A stretch of DNA of 64,000 bases, from the IMG/VR virus record IMGVR_UViG_3300020416_000002; one strand, given 5' to 3'. The stretch is from a virus. How positions within the stretch are numbered: the first letter of the stretch is position 1; each line of letters starts with the position of its first letter. Of this stretch, positions 8,906 through 17,363 are shown piece by piece. Below the pieces are notes generated by a model. That model made no database searches, was not told where the DNA came from, and saw nothing but the letters and a program-made list of their open reading frames with translations. The position numbers were made by a program, and so were the translations under genes.

Positions 8906-8927
8906 GTGCCACTTCAAAGACTGTCTA
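8906..8927 (-). promoter_or_regulatory. early-promoter palindrome copy 8
   Basis: GTGCCACTT-CAAA-GACTGTCTA, 30-nt gap to CATAAT. Confidence 0.7.
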
Positions 8928-9082
8928 GAACAGGACTGCCCATACCCAAACAACAACAAGAGTATAAATCAGGAAGTTACGCTGTTCCTTGACAGACTCA
9001 CTCTTTTGAACGGCATCAAATAATTCTGCCTTAGTGTTCTTGAGTGATAGTTTCATAAAGCAAAGTATGTAAGTGTGAGATA

Positions 9083-9284
9083 AATGTGGTTAAGAGAGTG
9101 GGGCAATGATCTGGGTTTCACCCATGTTGCCCAAATTTACCCTATGGGAATCGCTTACACCTGTACCCCTACTGAACTAGCAAGTAATCATATAAGGAAT
9201 CTTAGTAGGATAACCCCACAATCCAAAATGATTGAACCCTTGCTATCGTTCGGGCATAGGAACCACATATCCCTTAACCACATT
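9083..9284 (-). ncRNA. ~200-nt structured non-coding RNA of unknown class
   Basis: 15-bp terminal helix AAUGUGGUUAAGGGA/UCUCUUAACCACAUU, several internal stems; predicted +1 of promoter copy 9 falls at the 5' end of the helix. Confidence 0.75.
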
Positions 9285-9288
9285 CTTA

Positions 9289-9480
9289 TTATAGCAAGTC
9301 CATGTCCTTACGCTGGTGACCTTGTGACACTTTATCAACTGTCTCCCACCAAGGGTGTTTCCACTCGGCACTAACTGGTTTCTCCCATGTGTCAGAATTA
9401 CTTTCTACCCACCTTTTTAGAGCGTAATATCTATCCTTCCATGTTTGTGCTTCCTCCTTTAAGATTTGCTCTGTGTTCAT
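9289..9480 (-). CDS. hypothetical protein
   Basis: ORF track; C-terminus is read through promoter copy 9. Confidence 0.5.
   Translation of the reverse strand: MNTEQILKEEAQTWKDRYYALKRWVESNSDTWEKPVSAEWKHPWWETVDKVSQGHQRKDMDLL
9324..9345 (-). promoter_or_regulatory. early-promoter palindrome copy 9; -10 TATAAT 9288-9293 (drives the ncRNA)
   Basis: GTGACACTT-TATC-AACTGTCTC, 30-nt gap. Confidence 0.8.
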
Positions 9481-9668
9481 AGTTGATCTGAGATTAAAAG
9501 TGATGGATTGCCAAGTTGAACTTCGATTTCATCGAAAATTCTTTCAAGAGTGTTTGACATATTATTGTAACCAGTTCCAACATAGATTTGACCCACTACC
9601 ACTGCAGCAGTGCAAATACCCCAGAACCTATAATATGCTGATGATTTGATTTGATTTTTTTTAGACAT
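9477..9668 (-). CDS. small single-TM hypothetical protein
   Basis: FWGICTAAVVVGQIYVG hydrophobic segment; GGAGG SD upstream. Confidence 0.7.
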   Translation of the reverse strand: MSKKNQIKSSAYYRFWGICTAAVVVGQIYVGTGYNNMSNTLERIFDEIEVQLGNPSLLISDQL

Positions 9669-9920
9669 GAAAAAAGACCTCCTATTTCATTATTATATCA
9701 CATTCAAAACCGATTTATTTATTATACCTGTGTTCTAGCATGATCCTGTAGAAATGATCTCTCATTGTCAATAGATCTTCTTGTTCCATGGGATCTCCTC
9801 CTGCCCATTTACTACATGCCTGAGTGAGACCAGTGTGGATAACCCTAACTGCCTCTATTGGCAATTCTAAATGATAATACTCTTCTTCCTCCATGATTAC
9901 TCATTCAAAAAATCTATTTA

Positions 9921-10649
9921 TTACACATGCAAATGAAACATCATACCATGATATCCTGAATTATATTTCTTACCTGATCCCTTCATTTGTAAATGAAACA
10001 TTTTCTTACCATCTTCATCCCTGAATTCTAGAGTTGTGTTGTTCATTGTCCACTTCCCTCCTTCAATTCTCCTGAGCATTGCAACAACTGACATCATTCT
10101 GATCATTTCAGATCCTTTTCTATGCCATATGACAGTATCAACGGCATCACCTTCAAAACCTCTAGTAACAATCACATCAAATAATGATACTTTATTTTTG
10201 TTGATCCACTTCAAAAATGCGTTGCAAACCTTCTTATCTATGTTATCACGATAAATCCTATTCTGTCTCTTTTCAGCGTCACTCAGAGCGATTTCAGGGT
10301 GCTTAGACTCGACAATAGAGACACATTCCTTATTAGGATAACCGAAGAATTGTCTGATAAATGTCTCACTAAGTGTGCCCTTGAGTTTAAAATGTTTTAT
10401 AAATTTCTCTGCTGATAATAATGCTACTTGAGTATGATTTTTTGATGCACTCTTTACTGAATACTTTCTATTACTAATAGTCTCCATGATATCCACCTTA
10501 GTGCATGGTCTCCCATCAACTTTATGATCACCACCAAATAATTCATCAAATGTAGCAGCAAGACGATGTTCAAATTCATGACCATCTTTTTTTGCTTTTC
10601 TTCCTGCTACTGCTCTGGTTGTCATTTCTGATCTCTTAGGTATCTTCAT
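9921..10649 (-). CDS. PD-(D/E)xK endonuclease, type II restriction-enzyme-like (likely start MTTRAV at 10625)
   Basis: GHEFEH...KVDI...YSVKS catalytic arrangement. Confidence 0.6.
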   Translation of the reverse strand: MKIPKRSEMTTRAVAGRKAKKDGHEFEHRLAATFDELFGGDHKVDGRPCTKVDIMETISNRKYSVKSASKNHTQVALLSAEKFIKHFKLKGTLSETFIRQFFGYPNKECVSIVESKHPEIALSDAEKRQNRIYRDNIDKKVCNAFLKWINKNKVSLFDVIVTRGFEGDAVDTVIWHRKGSEMIRMMSVVAMLRRIEGGKWTMNNTTLEFRDEDGKKMFHLQMKGSGKKYNSGYHGMMFHLHV

Positions 10650-10682
10650 ATTAGTGTATTAAATTATGATATGGTGCAATGG

Positions 10683-10704
10683 TGGACAGTTATTTAACTG
10701 ACCT
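10683..10704 (-). promoter_or_regulatory. early-promoter palindrome copy 10; -10 TAATAT 10648-10653
   Basis: TGGACAGTT-ATTT-AACTGACCT, 29-nt gap. Confidence 0.65.
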
Positions 10705-12090
10705 TATATCAAATGTTAGTTCACCATGCACTTCTTTTAAATCTATATGAGGAACTATTAGTGGGAACTTATCAGCATAATCAGCACCAAAACCATAAGC
10801 ACACTCTACAAAATCTTTATAGTTACCTGCAAAATTGGGTAGGTCATGTCCAATATATTCATGTATTCTACCATAGATAAAATCTTGAGTTAATTTAGGA
10901 TCATCTGCAATAATATTATAAAAGTCATCAGTAAAGTTTTGATCTTCATTTAATATAGTAAAATTCATAATATCTTTATTGTTTAATAAATCCCTAGAAT
11001 CTTTACTAATAGTTCTCCAGAATGGTGAATCATACTTAGAACCAAAACTATACATCCATGCTGCGTTTTTATACCAGTCATCAACAACTGTTGAATAATA
11101 CCAGTCATTTAAATGATTAACTAGATTTTGATTATGGGGATCTTCATCAAGTACATAATCACATATTTTATCTGACATGTAATCATAATACATGCCTGCC
11201 AAAGATTCTAATGGATCAATAAATCCAATAGCATTACCATTGCGAAGATATCTACCACTGTGATGCACCATATACTTTGATAATCTAGGTGTCCATGTAA
11301 ATTTCTTGTACGGATAACCTAGTGACTCAGGAATTATAGTTCTAAAATCTTTTAGTGCCTCCTCTTCAGTTGTAATATTATCATTATAAGTATATCCAAA
11401 TGTTCTCCTTGACTGTAATGGTATTCCAAACATCCACCCATTTTGATGAGCATATGTTATAGTACAACCCCAATCTGCTGGTTCGGGTAGTCTTAATGCT
11501 AATACAGTATTTACAGATACGAACTTAGAATCAAAGTAATAATCATCATGTAATAATGACTTACCACCAGTGCAATCAATAACAAAATCAAATCGTTTTT
11601 GATATAACTCAGATTTAGATGATGATAGATAAACACCATCGGGAGTAAACTTTATATCTGTTATATTCTCATCCCTTAGTGATAAGTTAGGTGTAAATTT
11701 TGGTAGATATTCTAAAAAGAATTCACTAAAATATCTTGTATCAAAATGCATACCCACTGAGTGTGGATCTAACCATCTAACAAAATTGCGTTTTTTACCC
11801 CATCCAATAAACTTATTACCAAACTTAATTGTGGCATCAAAATACCTCTTAAAATGAGGAGCAACCATGGTTGTGGTATTTGATATTTGTGATGGTAGAT
11901 CAGGTGTAGTTGACTCACCTATACCAAATATACTGATATCTGAGTCATATATCCATGTCAATTCTGTCTCAACCTGACGATTTTGCCAGTTTTTGCTGTT
12001 AGGTTCAACCTCTATTGCTCTCTCATCAATTAATCTTAATAGGCAATTGATACCAACAACGCCTGCACCCAATACTGCTATTTTTCTCAT
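10690..12090 (-). CDS. flavin-dependent (tryptophan halogenase/PrnA-like) halogenase
   Basis: GAGVVG, GIGESTTP, ATIKFGNKFIGW (catalytic-Lys region), DCTG, GWMFGIPL, GNAIGFIDPLES. Confidence 0.85.
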   Translation of the reverse strand: MRKIAVLGAGVVGINCLLRLIDERAIEVEPNSKNWQNRQVETELTWIYDSDISIFGIGESTTPDLPSQISNTTTMVAPHFKRYFDATIKFGNKFIGWGKKRNFVRWLDPHSVGMHFDTRYFSEFFLEYLPKFTPNLSLRDENITDIKFTPDGVYLSSSKSELYQKRFDFVIDCTGGKSLLHDDYYFDSKFVSVNTVLALRLPEPADWGCTITYAHQNGWMFGIPLQSRRTFGYTYNDNITTEEEALKDFRTIIPESLGYPYKKFTWTPRLSKYMVHHSGRYLRNGNAIGFIDPLESLAGMYYDYMSDKICDYVLDEDPHNQNLVNHLNDWYYSTVVDDWYKNAAWMYSFGSKYDSPFWRTISKDSRDLLNNKDIMNFTILNEDQNFTDDFYNIIADDPKLTQDFIYGRIHEYIGHDLPNFAGNYKDFVECAYGFGADYADKFPLIVPHIDLKEVHGELTFDIRSVK

Positions 12091-12091
12091 A

Positions 12092-13474
12092 TTAATATGT
12101 TTTATATCCTATAGTTCCAAATTTTTCTGGTGGATAGCAATAGTCTAACGCACTAAAACGATCTGCATAAGGAGCACCTAATCCAGTTGCTAACTCAGAG
12201 AATAATGTACGATCATTCATTATAACAAATGGCACGACTTTATGTCTACCGCTTACATCGTCCTCCTCATCACTGTGTATAAGTGCTTTGTAATCTTCAT
12301 CAGTCCATTTATCATTTAACACCTCATCTAACCAAGGTTTTCCTGGAAAGAATGATGGATGTAAATATCTCTCTTGAGATAGATATTCTCTCGCTTGTGC
12401 TTTAATATTTTTCCAAAACTTTGTATTAAATCTTGAACCATACATGTACATGAATGACAACATTGCTTGATAATCCATTGCCAATAGTTCATAGTATGTT
12501 TCTTCAATATGATTTACAATTTTTTGTCTTCCCTTCTCTTTTTCATTAATTAAATGAGTATACATTCCAATTGAATCACACATAATATGAACACATTCAT
12601 TATGAGTTGCAGTTAATGGCATAATATCAATTAATGCAGCACCATTTCTAATATATCTACCAGTATGAGGACAAACACAATAATTAGATACTCTAGGCAC
12701 CCATGTTCTCTTCTTAAACTTCCATGTACTCACATCATCATCAGGAAATGCATCCTGAATATCTTTCATAATTTCTTCATCAGTTGTATCTTTACGATGC
12801 ACTGAGTCATACATGTATATCCATAACTGTCTACTCTTAAGAGGAATACCAGTCATGTGACCATATTTACCTGCATACTCAATACAATAATCCCAATGAC
12901 CCGCTTCTGGTTTCTCTAGAATAATAGCAGTATTTACTGGTCTAAGACTGGGATCACCAAATGCATGAGGATCAAAGAGTGGATTTTTTTCTGTACAATC
13001 AATAACAAAATCATAGAACTCACCATTGATCTTTGCACCACTCTCATTGATAACAACAGAGTCAATCTGTTGTTCTATAATCTTTACACCATTACCAAAA
13101 CACTGTCCACCATCTTTTAACATTTCATTTCTAAACATTTCAATGTCAATAAACTCTGCAGTTTGTGAATGAAATGATAATTGAAAATTCTTATTACCCT
13201 GACCCCATCCAATATATTTGTACCCATGACAATCTCTAGCATCAGCATATTTTTCCATCCACCTTTTAGTTAAATTTGTAACTACCTGTAGATCATCAAA
13301 AAATGCAGGATTTGTACCTGACATCATTTCATTGTAAACTTTGTCAGGATCATGAATCAGCACATATTCATCATCTTTGAACATGCTGTGCAATCTATAC
13401 TTTGATTGTTGTAAAGATGCTAACTGCACAAATCCTGCAGCACTAGCACCAACAACGGCAATTCTTCTACTCAT
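12092..13474 (-). CDS. divergent halogenase paralogue with degenerate motifs
   Basis: Collinear with its neighbour (GASAAG, YKYIGWG, FVIDCT, HMTGIPL, RYIRNG, YGSRFNTKFW). Confidence 0.75.
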   Translation of the reverse strand: MSRRIAVVGASAAGFVQLASLQQSKYRLHSMFKDDEYVLIHDPDKVYNEMMSGTNPAFFDDLQVVTNLTKRWMEKYADARDCHGYKYIGWGQGNKNFQLSFHSQTAEFIDIEMFRNEMLKDGGQCFGNGVKIIEQQIDSVVINESGAKINGEFYDFVIDCTEKNPLFDPHAFGDPSLRPVNTAIILEKPEAGHWDYCIEYAGKYGHMTGIPLKSRQLWIYMYDSVHRKDTTDEEIMKDIQDAFPDDDVSTWKFKKRTWVPRVSNYCVCPHTGRYIRNGAALIDIMPLTATHNECVHIMCDSIGMYTHLINEKEKGRQKIVNHIEETYYELLAMDYQAMLSFMYMYGSRFNTKFWKNIKAQAREYLSQERYLHPSFFPGKPWLDEVLNDKWTDEDYKALIHSDEEDDVSGRHKVVPFVIMNDRTLFSELATGLGAPYADRFSALDYCYPPEKFGTIGYKTY

Positions 13475-14031
13475 GATTTATATTTTACTGTAGGTGTATT
13501 TAGAAAATTAATGTTAATCAACATACGGCGACCACTGACAGGTGGTGAACCTGCATGTCTACAATTTGATGGGAATTGTATTAATCTACCTTGCTTAGGC
13601 GTAGTAACATCAAGAATACTGTCCATATGGTTAAACAGATATGTATCTCCACTACTTTGGTGTGGATAATATATAAAACTAATTGCATTAGGATTACTAT
13701 TATCTATGTGTGGTGCATAATGTTTGGGTGCATCGGGAATTGGCACCTGTAATATCGCTCTGCTTCTATAGTGATAAGCAGTAGGGCATATTTCATCTTT
13801 AATTTTAGATAGTAATCCGCATAACAGATTGTGTAATAGATGATCATTAACATTTTCTTGATCATCAAATATTCCATGCACAAATTGAGAGTAACCTCTG
13901 TCACTCTCATCCATATTATCCTGATATATCCAATGAGTATCAGGACTAGAAATAAAATCTTTAATTACATGCTGATAAGATGGTGATATAAAATCATCAT
14001 ATACTTTAATCAGGGGGGAGTTCTCCGTCAT
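13471..14031 (-). CDS. 2OG-Fe(II) oxygenase
   Basis: PHID...HAG...R facial-triad pattern; PKQGRLIQFPS. Confidence 0.85.
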   Translation of the reverse strand: MTENSPLIKVYDDFISPSYQHVIKDFISSPDTHWIYQDNMDESDRGYSQFVHGIFDDQENVNDHLLHNLLCGLLSKIKDEICPTAYHYRSRAILQVPIPDAPKHYAPHIDNSNPNAISFIYYPHQSSGDTYLFNHMDSILDVTTPKQGRLIQFPSNCRHAGSPPVSGRRMLININFLNTPTVKYKS

Positions 14032-14287
14032 ATGGAATTGATAATGGAACTACTTTCTCATTAAGAGAGATTTTTAAATCTTCCCACACATCAGGATCTT
14101 CAAAATTCTCTTCAACATTATCTATAAACCCTTTGAGATCCCTGATTAGTTTCCAACATTCATCTACCTCTAGTCTCTCTTCTGGTGATAGATCATTAAA
14201 TCTGCCCATACGAGCATAATAATCGTACTTAGCAGTTACATATTCTCTAATCTTGATAAAATCCTTAAAGGTTGCAGTTACTGCCAT
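14006..14287 (-). CDS. hypothetical protein
   Basis: ORF track; overlaps both neighbours. Confidence 0.6.
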   Translation of the reverse strand: MAVTATFKDFIKIREYVTAKYDYYARMGRFNDLSPEERLEVDECWKLIRDLKGFIDNVEENFEDPDVWEDLKISLNEKVVPLSIPYDGELPPD

Positions 14288-15441
14288 GATTTGATTACTG
14301 ATATATTCGCTCTACGAAACTCGTCATCAACTAGTTTTAGAGCATTGCCATTATATGATACCACATAACCCTCATGATGTGAAGGTGCATTGTTTACAAA
14401 TGTTTTGATATCAGAAACTTTGTTTAGTTGACTGATAAGCATTTTCTTAGCAAGACGAATAGACAGGTAAGATGCAACGGTAAAATAGATATCCATTTCA
14501 TATTTTACGATGAACGCAAGACCTTGACGCTTCATGTCAGTATACTTGTCTTTACCTTTTTGAGATTTTTTACTAGCAATCTCCTTGTCCATTGCATCAG
14601 AAAAGAACTTTGCAAAATCACTAGCAACAGTCTTTGTACTGATTAGTACCTTGCCTGCACGAACTTGCTGATTGAAGAACTGTTTGAATAGCGATGCCAT
14701 GACAAATCTAGACTGACCATACTGCTGAATGATGTCAAGAAACTTAGATGAACGCTTGAGAGATCCTTGTGCTCTGTTGATGATAGCAGTATACTTAGCA
14801 GAATCACGAACATCAAAATTAGATATACCTGAATAGTCAGAACTTGCTACCCATACATCATTGGTGCTCTCAATAACTGGAATAGTATTGTATACAGCAG
14901 TTGAATTAGCAATTGTATCACCCTTGTACACTGTATGAAATACAATACCTAACTGAGATACAATAACCTTGACACCTTTAGGTGTATTTGCCTTTACAGC
15001 ATATCTGAGAGCATTAGGTTGGAATGTAATATATTGCTGATTACCAATAGTGCCCCATGCTTTATCTGACTCAGTATAGAGCAAGTCACCTTGAACGATA
15101 CCTGTAATGTTAAGTTGTGGCAAATAAAGAAGACATGCCTTTAACTTAGAACTGAGTTCTGATACACCATAGAAATTATCAATATCATCATTTGTGTAGC
15201 AAACTTTAGGATTAGTTTTGTTGAATACTGATTTAGTACCAACAAAGAACTTACCATTGAGAGGGTCAGTGCCACATATGATAGCAGGAGCACCGTCCCA
15301 TTTAGTACTGATAGATAAATTACTGTTACGACCGCTCAACTTATTACCGAACTGCTTTAAGAAGTCAACAACCTCAAAACCACCAGCAGTGCCAGCGTTG
15401 AGGATATTATCTTCTAGATGCTCTAGGTGTGTGTTTTTCAT
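14278..15441 (-). CDS. conserved phage protein with ligase-type nucleotidyltransferase motifs (DUF6267-like, from memory)
   Basis: MKNTHLEHLED start; KWDG, QGDLLY, EGYVV, KLVD. Confidence 0.7.
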   Translation of the reverse strand: MKNTHLEHLEDNILNAGTAGGFEVVDFLKQFGNKLSGRNSNLSISTKWDGAPAIICGTDPLNGKFFVGTKSVFNKTNPKVCYTNDDIDNFYGVSELSSKLKACLLYLPQLNITGIVQGDLLYTESDKAWGTIGNQQYITFQPNALRYAVKANTPKGVKVIVSQLGIVFHTVYKGDTIANSTAVYNTIPVIESTNDVWVASSDYSGISNFDVRDSAKYTAIINRAQGSLKRSSKFLDIIQQYGQSRFVMASLFKQFFNQQVRAGKVLISTKTVASDFAKFFSDAMDKEIASKKSQKGKDKYTDMKRQGLAFIVKYEMDIYFTVASYLSIRLAKKMLISQLNKVSDIKTFVNNAPSHHEGYVVSYNGNALKLVDDEFRRANISVIKSWQ

Positions 15442-15482
15442 ACCCATATTATAGTCCATAACAGGGGGTTTGGGGGATTTAG

Positions 15483-15504
15483 TGGACAGTTTGACAGGTG
15501 TCAT
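15483..15504 (-). promoter_or_regulatory. early-promoter palindrome copy 11; -10 TATAAT 15448-15453
   Basis: TGGACAGTT-TGAC-AGGTGTCAT, 29-nt gap. Confidence 0.75.
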
Positions 15505-16052
15505 CGGAACGGTTTTCCTGCGAGGTGAGCAACCATAGACCTCCTGACTCCACGAGTAACAGGTGTAATCCTATGTAGGCAAAAACTAGGAAATACTATC
15601 AGTGTTCCCTTATCTCTAGGTAAATCATCAAACAATTCAGTATGATGTATTTCTAAGTTACCACCGTCATATTCATCTGATTCACTAAGTTGTAAAGAGA
15701 ATCCAATCTTTCTTGATGGTGCATCATCACTAAGATCATTATCTACATGCCAATTGTAATGACATCCATCACTTTCATATTTAATATATTGTAAATTTTC
15801 AAATCCATCTGCCTCAAAACGATACCATTTATGATTAATTTCTCTACCTATATCACCAACACGATTATAAATCCACTCAACACCCTCATCAAAATTTATA
15901 AATGAGTTCCATGATTTTCTAATAGGATTTAATGAGTTAACATCAATACCAGACTCAAGTAAACCAATACTCTCACCAATTTGAGTTATAGTATCACATT
16001 CCTCTTTAGTAAATGCATTTGCTATGCAGTGTGGGTCAATTCTTGGGTTCAT
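15501..16052 (-). CDS. 2OG-Fe(II) oxygenase (PKHD/P4Hc-type)
   Basis: WHVD, RKIGFSLQLS, YDGG, FPSFCLHRITPVTRGVRRS. Confidence 0.9.
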   Translation of the reverse strand: MNPRIDPHCIANAFTKEECDTITQIGESIGLLESGIDVNSLNPIRKSWNSFINFDEGVEWIYNRVGDIGREINHKWYRFEADGFENLQYIKYESDGCHYNWHVDNDLSDDAPSRKIGFSLQLSESDEYDGGNLEIHHTELFDDLPRDKGTLIVFPSFCLHRITPVTRGVRRSMVAHLAGKPFR

Positions 16053-16053
16053 A

Positions 16054-16653
16054 TTATTTAAATGGTGGTCCGACTAACCATACAACTAAACTTTTTCTAA
16101 CTCCAGAAGTTACTGGTGTGACTTGATGTAGTGTATAACTGGGAAAAGCAATCACTAATCCTTTTTGTTTTGGTGCAGTCTTTAAACTTTGTGAGTGTAA
16201 TTGAAAATCACCACCCTCATACTCATCAGGATTTGATAATTGTATTGTTAGTGACAACTTACGAGAGGGTGCATCACTTTTTGTATGACCATCAATGTGC
16301 CATCCATAAAATGATCCATCACAATCATACCTAGTATACTGTAAATCCTCATTGAACCCACTGATATCAAACCTCCAGTGCAATCCATTAAGATTTCTAG
16401 ATATATTACCTATTCTATCATATAACCACTTAGTATTGTTATTTAACTCTATCCATGAATTCTGTGATTGTCTAATCGATTTATTACTTACATTTCTATT
16501 GACTGTATCTGCACCAACAACAGATGATATTAAGTTATTGGACTCACCTAAACGGATTATCTCATCACATTCTGACTCTGTAAACCCATCCTCCCAAGTT
16601 GCATAATCAACTTCATCATATGTAGGATGAGGTAATAAAGGATAAAATGACAT
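16054..16653 (-). CDS. 2OG-Fe(II) oxygenase (PKHD/P4Hc-type), tandem paralogue
   Basis: WHID, RKLSLTIQLS, YEGG, FPSYTLHQVTPVTSGVRKSLVVW. Confidence 0.9.
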   Translation of the reverse strand: MSFYPLLPHPTYDEVDYATWEDGFTESECDEIIRLGESNNLISSVVGADTVNRNVSNKSIRQSQNSWIELNNNTKWLYDRIGNISRNLNGLHWRFDISGFNEDLQYTRYDCDGSFYGWHIDGHTKSDAPSRKLSLTIQLSNPDEYEGGDFQLHSQSLKTAPKQKGLVIAFPSYTLHQVTPVTSGVRKSLVVWLVGPPFK

Positions 16654-16669
16654 AATAAACTATATTTGA

Positions 16670-17218
16670 CTAGTTGATCATACCCACTCTGGGGTCAGAG
16701 TCCTTGACTGTGTGAGGATCCATTTCTCCTTTTGGTAGGTAAGGTAATTCACGCAATGCCCTAACACTGGGATCAGTTGTAACATTTGTGGGCAATCGTC
16801 CAAGAGCGACATTATCAAAGTTAAGTTGATGCCTGTCAAATGTAGCGAGTTCATACTCCTCCGTCATAGATAAACAATTTGTAGGGCAATACTCAACGCA
16901 ATTACCACAAAAAATACATGCACCAAAGTCGATTGAATAATTTCTTAATTCTTTCTTTTTGGTTTCTTTATTCATTACCCAGTCTACCACAGGTAGATTA
17001 ATTGGGCAAACTCTCACACATACCTCACATGCTATGCACTTATCAAATTCATAATGTATTCTTCCTCTATATCTTTCAGATGGAATGAGTTTCTCATAAG
17101 GATACTGAACTGTTACAGGTCTTCGACCCATATGATCAAGAGTTACAGAGAGACCCTGCAACATATATTTTGCTGCGTTCTTAATTTCTTTTAGATAATC
17201 AAGGACTCCTTTAATCAT
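16670..17218 (-). CDS. ndhI: NAD(P)H-quinone oxidoreductase (NDH-1) subunit I, auxiliary metabolic gene
   Basis: [24 protein letters not shown]; two CxxCxxCxxxCP 4Fe-4S motifs; start ATG 17218. Confidence 0.97.
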   Translation of the reverse strand: MIKGVLDYLKEIKNAAKYMLQGLSVTLDHMGRRPVTVQYPYEKLIPSERYRGRIHYEFDKCIACEVCVRVCPINLPVVDWVMNKETKKKELRNYSIDFGACIFCGNCVEYCPTNCLSMTEEYELATFDRHQLNFDNVALGRLPTNVTTDPSVRALRELPYLPKGEMDPHTVKDSDPRVGMIN

Positions 17219-17301
17219 ACCCACGCATATGTTGAAAATACAAGTGCGACACCCACCAATCCAAATACTATGCAAGATGATCTAATTGGTAAATCTCTCA
17301 T
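17215..17301 (-). CDS. 28-aa single-TM peptide translationally coupled to ndhI
   Basis: [28 protein letters not shown]; ATGA overlap with ndhI; first ORF after promoter 17331-17359. Confidence 0.6.
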   Translation of the reverse strand: MRDLPIRSSCIVFGLVGVALVFSTYAWV

Positions 17302-17330
17302 TGGTTTTTCTTAACTCTATAAGTATTTAC

Positions 17331-17359
17331 ACTATAAGTGTTTTTACCTATGTTGTCAA
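17331..17359 (-). promoter_or_regulatory. sigma70 promoter TTGACA-N17-TATAGT for peptide-ndhI
   Basis: Hexamers at 17354-17359 and 17331-17336. Confidence 0.7.
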
Positions 17360-17363
17360 GTCA

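Noticed and set aside
9084-9374. Plus-strand 96-aa ORF
   Set aside because: Antisense to the structured RNA and its promoter in an all-minus region; no recognisable motifs
2520-15504. Repeated palindromes as a CRISPR array
   Set aside because: Copies are degenerate, separated by whole genes at irregular distances and tied to -10 boxes; no cas genes
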